This document shows, piece after piece, positions 6,086-10,856 of a DNA stretch of 10,856 nt; position 1 is the stretch's first letter; the number at the start of each line of letters is the position of its first letter. The notes under the pieces were generated by a model that ran no database searches, was not told the DNA's origin, and saw nothing but the letters and a program-made list of their open reading frames with translations. The stretch is from Candidatus Heimdallarchaeota archaeon. Its GTDB lineage: Archaea; Asgardarchaeota; Heimdallarchaeia; Heimdallarchaeales; Heimdallarchaeaceae. The position numbers and the translations under genes were made by a program. The stretch lies in contig JAEOTE010000049.1 of NCBI GenBank assembly GCA_016839945.1, positions 1 to 10,856 on the forward strand, written 5' to 3'.

Positions 6086-8211
6086 GAATTTTATGGATTC
6101 AAGCTAAAAACTTCAAATGTTATAGTGATATTAGAGTTCCTGCTCAAGGAATTCTACCTGAAGGTCTACTTTTTGTTGAAGGAGAAAATTCAACAGGAAA
6201 ATCAAGCTTGTTTGATGCTATTTTCTATGCATTATTCTATGAACCTACTACAACTAAAGAGCTTGGAACAAAGGATGATCTCGTGAGAAGAGGTTATTCT
6301 GATACTGAAGTTGAAGTAGCTTTTGAGTTGGATAACAAATGTTACTTAATTCAAAGAAGTCATGGTAAGAAAGCTCCTGTTCAAGCTTTTCTTCTAGAAA
6401 TTGATAAGGATTCAGCTTTACAAGGTAATATATCAAATAGAAAGAAAATTAGTGAAGGAGTTATTGATGTAGAAATTAAAATCACTTCTCTTCTGAATAT
6501 AACAAAGGAAAAAGTGCTGAACACTCTAGTTGTTCGCCAAGGTTCAGTTCAAGCATTAGCTGAAGCAAAAGGAGCTGAACTACGAAATATCATTTATGAG
6601 CTTTTTCAACTTGATTTCTATAGAGATAGAGCAATTGATATTATAAAAGATAAAAAGAATGATTTTGAAGAGCAAAAAGAGAAATTCAAGATTGAAAGAA
6701 CTACTGAGGACATACTAGTAGAAATTGATGAGATAAAAGATTCAATAGATGTAGCTAAATCAAACATAGAAGACTATGATATTGCTTTAAAGAAATTAAA
6801 TTCAGAAACAAAGCTATTTCCAGAAATTAAAGAAATGCAAGAAATTAATGGTTTAACACAAAGACTAAACCAACAAGATATTACAATAGAGAGAAAACAA
6901 AAATCAATTTCTGATGCAAGTGAGAAATATCATTTACCTCCCAGTTTAGAACTTAAAACTCTTGAATCTAAAAGCAAAGAATTAGAAAACCAAATTGATG
7001 AAAGGACAAAAAACAAAGAAGAAAAGAAGAAGGAATTGGTGAAGTATAGCAAAGAAAAAACAAACAATGAGCTTGAATTAGAGAATTTCATAAATAGAAA
7101 AGAAAGTCTTGAGAAAATTGCTGAAACGGGAGAAAAACCAAAGTGTGATGTATGTGAACAAGAAATAAATGAAGAGAAATTCAATGAACTTCTGGAAAGG
7201 TCAAAAAATAATATTCCTGCTCTAACAAAAGGTATCAAAAAGAAAGAAGAAGAAATTAAAAAGATAAATTCTGAAATTCAAGAGATAGAGAAAAACATAT
7301 CAAAATTAAATATTGATATTGGAAAATTAGAAGATTTAGCCAATGATTTAACAGAACTTGAAGAAATGGTTACAGTAAAGGAAGAAATGGAACAAAAAGT
7401 TCAAAACTCACTACAGAAATTCAAAGTTCAAAGTCTTTTAGAACTAGCTGGGAAATTCAATTTAAAGGATTTTAATGAATTATTTGATCATGTGAAATCA
7501 TTAGATGATGATATCCGAAGCAATGAACTCAAGAAGAAACACACATTGACATCAATTGAAGAGAAATATTCTACAATCGAAAAAAGAAACAAACAAATTG
7601 AAGAGAATAAGAAGAAAGAAGAAAAATCAGCTGAAATAGATTTGGAGATTGCTCTTTTAAATGAAACACAAACTCATGTGGAGAAATTCATTGTTGAAGA
7701 TATAATATCAAACAGAATGCTAGCTAATATACAACACTCTACAAAGGGATACATTAACCTCTTTACCAGAGGTCGCTATTCAGAATTATACCTTGAACCA
7801 ACAAGAACCAAAACTCTCAACATGAGTATTAAAGATGAAGAACTAGGATTTGTGAAAAGTCAGACTCTACTTTCTGGAGGAGATAAAGCTGCTATAGGTC
7901 TAGGATTGAGAATTGGAGTAAGTGAATTACTAAAACGCATTCGTCCTATGAAAACTTCACCCTATGAACCACCAAAAATGGATATACTTGTTCTAGATGA
8001 ACCATTGGGATCACTGGATGAAGCAAGAAGATCGAAAGTCATTGAAGGTCTTGTCGCAGAAGAGAAATTTTCCCAGATCTTTTTAATAACTCATACAAAT
8101 ATAAGGAGAAGATTTCGAGCTCCTTTAATAACTATTTATTCCTCCCCTGCAGGCAGTAGAGTAACATTTTATCCTTCAACTACTGAAATTGAAGAAGAAG
8201 CTGAAATGTAA
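6082..8211 (+). CDS. rad50: Rad50/SbcC-family SMC-like ATPase with zinc hook
   Basis: NFKCY start motif; Walker A GENSTGKS (6181-6204); Q-loop VRQG; long heptad coiled coils; central CxxC hook CDVC (7144-7155, aa 355-358 of 709); signature LSGGD; Walker B/D-loop LVLDEPLGSLD; H-loop LITH. SD GGAGG at 6070-6074. Confidence 0.95.
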   Translation: MRILWIQAKNFKCYSDIRVPAQGILPEGLLFVEGENSTGKSSLFDAIFYALFYEPTTTKELGTKDDLVRRGYSDTEVEVAFELDNKCYLIQRSHGKKAPVQAFLLEIDKDSALQGNISNRKKISEGVIDVEIKITSLLNITKEKVLNTLVVRQGSVQALAEAKGAELRNIIYELFQLDFYRDRAIDIIKDKKNDFEEQKEKFKIERTTEDILVEIDEIKDSIDVAKSNIEDYDIALKKLNSETKLFPEIKEMQEINGLTQRLNQQDITIERKQKSISDASEKYHLPPSLELKTLESKSKELENQIDERTKNKEEKKKELVKYSKEKTNNELELENFINRKESLEKIAETGEKPKCDVCEQEINEEKFNELLERSKNNIPALTKGIKKKEEEIKKINSEIQEIEKNISKLNIDIGKLEDLANDLTELEEMVTVKEEMEQKVQNSLQKFKVQSLLELAGKFNLKDFNELFDHVKSLDDDIRSNELKKKHTLTSIEEKYSTIEKRNKQIEENKKKEEKSAEIDLEIALLNETQTHVEKFIVEDIISNRMLANIQHSTKGYINLFTRGRYSELYLEPTRTKTLNMSIKDEELGFVKSQTLLSGGDKAAIGLGLRIGVSELLKRIRPMKTSPYEPPKMDILVLDEPLGSLDEARRSKVIEGLVAEEKFSQIFLITHTNIRRRFRAPLITIYSSPAGSRVTFYPSTTEIEEEAEM

Positions 8212-8230
8212 GGAAAATCATTAACCTACT

Positions 8231-8245
8231 CAAAAATATTTATTA
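8231..8245 (+). promoter_or_regulatory. Putative BRE/TATA promoter giving a leaderless transcript for the 498-aa gene
   Basis: CAAAAATA-TTTATTA, with the TATA-like box at -30 to -24 relative to the ATG at 8269. No SD precedes this ATG, unlike the neighbouring genes. Confidence 0.5.
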
Positions 8246-8268
8246 CTCTAGTCAATAATTAATAGTTC

Positions 8269-9765
8269 ATGATACCTGGAACTCTTAGACCACTTCCTAA
8301 AAAGCTTAAAGAAGTGAAAACTTCCGCTGACCAACTAATGAGAACAGTTGAACTCGATTTTGAAAACACTAAAGAAGTATTGAAAGATAGCTCCCTCTAT
8401 ACTTTTGAAGAGATAAACTATCATCATATAAGAATTTTAGATGAATTAGCAGAGATAATACCTTTAACAAAAGAAGCTGATAAATTAGTTGATAAACACG
8501 TAAATGATGCTCTTCTTAGTGAGTTAGTTTTCAACTTATTTAGAAAATTAGAAATGGCACAAGATCGGTTACATAAAGATTCACAACGATTAGAGACTAT
8601 TCTAATGTCAAAACGTAAGAAGCATATTGAAGAGATGATACCAAGGATTGGAGATGAAATAAAAAGTAAGCTTTCGTTTCTCAAAGACTTATCTTTTGAT
8701 GAAGTTTTAGCTCAGAGTCAAGCATATGGAAGCACTATCTCTGATATTGTAGGAAAATTAGGTGCACTTAGAGATGAATATCAAAAATTAGCTTCTGGAT
8801 CTTTTGATGTTTCAGAATTTTATGGTTATCTTAATGAGAAATTGACTAAAGCTGAAGATGAACTGGGTCAATATGATCTAATCTTAAGAACCTGTAAGAT
8901 GCAAATGTTAACAGAAGAAGCAGAAGGATTAGTTGAAGAAGGGAATGTAGTTACAAATGAGTTCGAACAAAAACAAACAAGTGAACAAGCTCTTAAAACT
9001 GATGAATATATTAAGAATGCAACATCTAAACTAGAAGAAATGATTAATCTAAGAGTTAGTCTTCCACGAAGGGGAGTATCAAAAGATTTCTCAAAGAGCT
9101 TTAAAGAACTACAACAACAATTTGAATCAGTTAAAACTTCTTTACAGAGTATAACTGATGGACTTGTAGAAAAAATAGATGTATTTGCAACTCAAATTGC
9201 TTGGATAAAGGCTATCCGAGATATAGCTGCGTCTGATGGAGAAGAGCTAAATGATACTTTTAAACTGTTGAAAGTTAAGGGAACCGTTTTTGATCAGAAA
9301 ATCATGACTATAAAAGAAAAAGAATTCAGAATAAAACCAAAAATCAATCTTAAAGGAACATTTAATTTGGCATTCATAGAGGGTAATTTTCCAATTTTTG
9401 AATTAAGTCCATTAGGTTTAGTCAAAATACCATTAGGAGATGAATTGGATTTAGAAAAGATAGAACAAGTATTAGCTAAATTAGATGAAATAAAAGAAAC
9501 TGGTTTCACAGATGAAATAAAAAATAGAAGAAAAGCAAACAAATTGCTTAAAGAGATTGAACAAAAACAGACAATACTTTCACAATTATCTGAAAGAATT
9601 TCTCCAGCTTATAACAATGTAAAAGATTTCTTTACAACCCAAATTTCTAAGATAAAATCAAAAGAAGAAAAAGAGAAAAAACCTAAGGAAGAAAAAGAAG
9701 AGATTGCTATAGAAGAAACCACAATTGAAATAGAAAAGGAAGAAGAAGTTATTCCAGAAGAATAA
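8269..9765 (+). CDS. Hypothetical protein, predominantly alpha-helical/coiled-coil, with a highly charged acidic C-terminal tail
   Basis: 498-aa ORF with codon usage like its neighbours. It has amphipathic heptad-like helices, a short beta-like segment at about aa 330-390 and an E/K-rich tail. I recognise no catalytic motif, transmembrane segment or signal peptide. Confidence 0.85.
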   Translation: MIPGTLRPLPKKLKEVKTSADQLMRTVELDFENTKEVLKDSSLYTFEEINYHHIRILDELAEIIPLTKEADKLVDKHVNDALLSELVFNLFRKLEMAQDRLHKDSQRLETILMSKRKKHIEEMIPRIGDEIKSKLSFLKDLSFDEVLAQSQAYGSTISDIVGKLGALRDEYQKLASGSFDVSEFYGYLNEKLTKAEDELGQYDLILRTCKMQMLTEEAEGLVEEGNVVTNEFEQKQTSEQALKTDEYIKNATSKLEEMINLRVSLPRRGVSKDFSKSFKELQQQFESVKTSLQSITDGLVEKIDVFATQIAWIKAIRDIAASDGEELNDTFKLLKVKGTVFDQKIMTIKEKEFRIKPKINLKGTFNLAFIEGNFPIFELSPLGLVKIPLGDELDLEKIEQVLAKLDEIKETGFTDEIKNRRKANKLLKEIEQKQTILSQLSERISPAYNNVKDFFTTQISKIKSKEEKEKKPKEEKEEIAIEETTIEIEKEEEVIPEE

Positions 9766-9786
9766 TCATCTATAGGAGTTATACTT

Positions 9787-10605
9787 TTGGATCAGATATT
9801 AGATGGAATCAAATTATTCATTCTTGATGTAGATGGTACTCTTATCTTAGGGTCAGAACCTCTCCCTTTTGCAAAGGAAATTCTCTGTTTATTAAAAGAA
9901 CAAGATAAAGATTTTTTGATACTCTCTAATAATTCCTCATATTCAGTAAATGAAAATAAAAAGAGATTAGAAGAAGCAATAGGTGTTAAATTCTCAACTG
10001 ATAATCTTTATACTTCAATACAGGCAACAATTGATTTTTTGTTGAAAAATGATATTAGAAAATGCTTCATTGCTGGAACTCCATCCATGATATCAGAGTT
10101 TGAAAACTCAGGAATTGAAAATGCAAGTGATGATCCCCAAGCAATAATCTTGGGCTTTGATAAAACACTGACTTATGAGAAAATAAAAACAATATCCTTG
10201 TTATTACAAAAAGAAGACAGAATCCCTTTCTATGCAACACATCCAGATAGTACATGTCCTATGGATTATGGTAAAATCCCTGATGTAGGTTCATTTCTTA
10301 AGATGTTTGAAGAAGCAACTGGAAGAACTGCAGATTTGATTTTTGGTAAACCTAATGGTTTGATTCTTGAACTTTGTTTAAGCAAGAAGGATGTTAGTTT
10401 TTCAGAAGTTCTTGTTATAGGTGACCGACTAGAAACTGATTTCAGGTTAGCTGAAGTTACTGGAGCTTTGAGTGCATTAGTTCTAACGGGAGAAACTAAA
10501 AGAGAAGAACTTTCAGAACTGAAATATAATCCCACTTTCATCTGGGAAACTTTGAAAGATTTGTACAACTACCTTAAAAAAATAACTAACTATTTGAGAT
10601 ATTGA
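9787..10605 (+). CDS. HAD-IIA family hydrolase (NagD-like phosphatase)
   Basis: Motif I FILDVDGTL, motif II LSNNSS, cap motifs LGFDKTLTY and ATHPD..CP...PDVGS, motif III GKP, motif IV IGDRLETD, and LVLTGET. TTG start with AGGAG SD at 9774-9778. Confidence 0.93.
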   Translation: MDQILDGIKLFILDVDGTLILGSEPLPFAKEILCLLKEQDKDFLILSNNSSYSVNENKKRLEEAIGVKFSTDNLYTSIQATIDFLLKNDIRKCFIAGTPSMISEFENSGIENASDDPQAIILGFDKTLTYEKIKTISLLLQKEDRIPFYATHPDSTCPMDYGKIPDVGSFLKMFEEATGRTADLIFGKPNGLILELCLSKKDVSFSEVLVIGDRLETDFRLAEVTGALSALVLTGETKREELSELKYNPTFIWETLKDLYNYLKKITNYLRY

Positions 10606-10856
10606 ACTATTTCCTTTAAATCATCCCATTGATTTTCAGGGTAAATCCAACCTAAAACAACGCTGGTAATTAATTTATCTTCTGAATATTGTTTTACACC
10701 CATTAACTTCTCTTTAACCTCTTCTCGAGTTCCAAAAATGGAAAAATCATTTGCAATCCGGAGAATATCACCTTTAGGAATTTTATTTTGTCTTTCCCAA
10801 GGAAGTTTTCTTATTTGTTCAATTATTTTAGCGGAATATCCATGTGATTTAAGAAT
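10590..10856 (-). CDS. C-terminal part of a probable luciferase-like (LLM-class, Mer-like/F420-dependent) oxidoreductase; start lies beyond the right edge
   Basis: Manual translation: ...ILKSHGYSAKIIEQIRKLPWERQNKIPKGDILRIANDFSIFGTREEVKEKLMGVKQYSEDKLITSVVLGWIYPENQWDDLKEIVQYLK*. 'L..HG' and 'DFSIFGTxEEVxEKL...ITSVVLG' resemble the last barrel elements of Mer/LLM enzymes. Stop TAG at 10590-10592. Confidence 0.6.
   Translation of the reverse strand: MLKSHGYSAKIIEQIRKLPWERQNKIPKGDILRIANDFSIFGTREEVKEKLMGVKQYSEDKLITSVVLGWIYPENQWDDLKEIVQYLK

Noticed and set aside
6254-7238. 60-aa and 102-aa antisense ORFs inside rad50 (the latter looks hydrophobic)
   Set aside because: Apparent hydrophobicity comes from reverse-complemented GAA/AAA coiled-coil codons; no independent support.
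8424-9542. 86-aa and 82-aa antisense ORFs inside the 498-aa gene
   Set aside because: Same shadow-frame artefact; no motifs.
9604-9633. PIP-box-like YNNVKDFF in the 498-aa protein (and AGRLIDYF in NurA)
   Set aside because: Both lack the conserved Gln of QxxLxxFF and sit within probable helices.
9655-9762. GAA/AAA-rich quasi-repeats
   Set aside because: Low-complexity Glu/Lys coding, with no fixed repeat unit or CRISPR-like spacing.
6082-9765. Reading the SMC-like gene and neighbours as Wadjet/MksBEF, Lamassu or condensin
   Set aside because: A zinc hook rather than a hinge, plus adjacent Mre11, HerA and NurA, identifies Rad50; no kleisin, KITE or Toprim subunit is recognisable.
10067-10568. 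62-aa and 100-aa antisense ORFs inside the HAD gene
   Set aside because: Overlap a gene with complete HAD motifs; not a continuation of the LLM-like gene, which stops at 10590.

Overview
AT-rich archaeal chromosomal window. GGTGA/GGAGG ribosome-binding sites, TATA-like promoters and the gene content point to an archaeon; an Asgard/Heimdallarchaeia-like origin is a guess. The core is a tightly coupled four-gene double-strand-break resection cluster on the + strand in the order nurA-herA-mre11-rad50 (1655-8211). All four proteins keep their catalytic cores but carry non-consensus motif substitutions or insertions, and the Rad50 is short. An unrecognised 498-aa helical protein with an acidic tail and a NagD-type HAD-IIA phosphatase follow on the same strand. 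On the - strand are a window-truncated geranylgeranyl-reductase-family flavoprotein (1-791, not in the ORF track), a VIT1/CCC1-family membrane protein, and the 3' end of a probable luciferase-like/Mer-family oxidoreductase (10590-10856, not in the ORF track). The best leads are the divergent resection module with its possible fifth and sixth genes, and a UUUU/AGGA hairpin (or DNA palindrome) over the nurA ribosome-binding site. I saw no RNA genes, CRISPR arrays or mobile elements.
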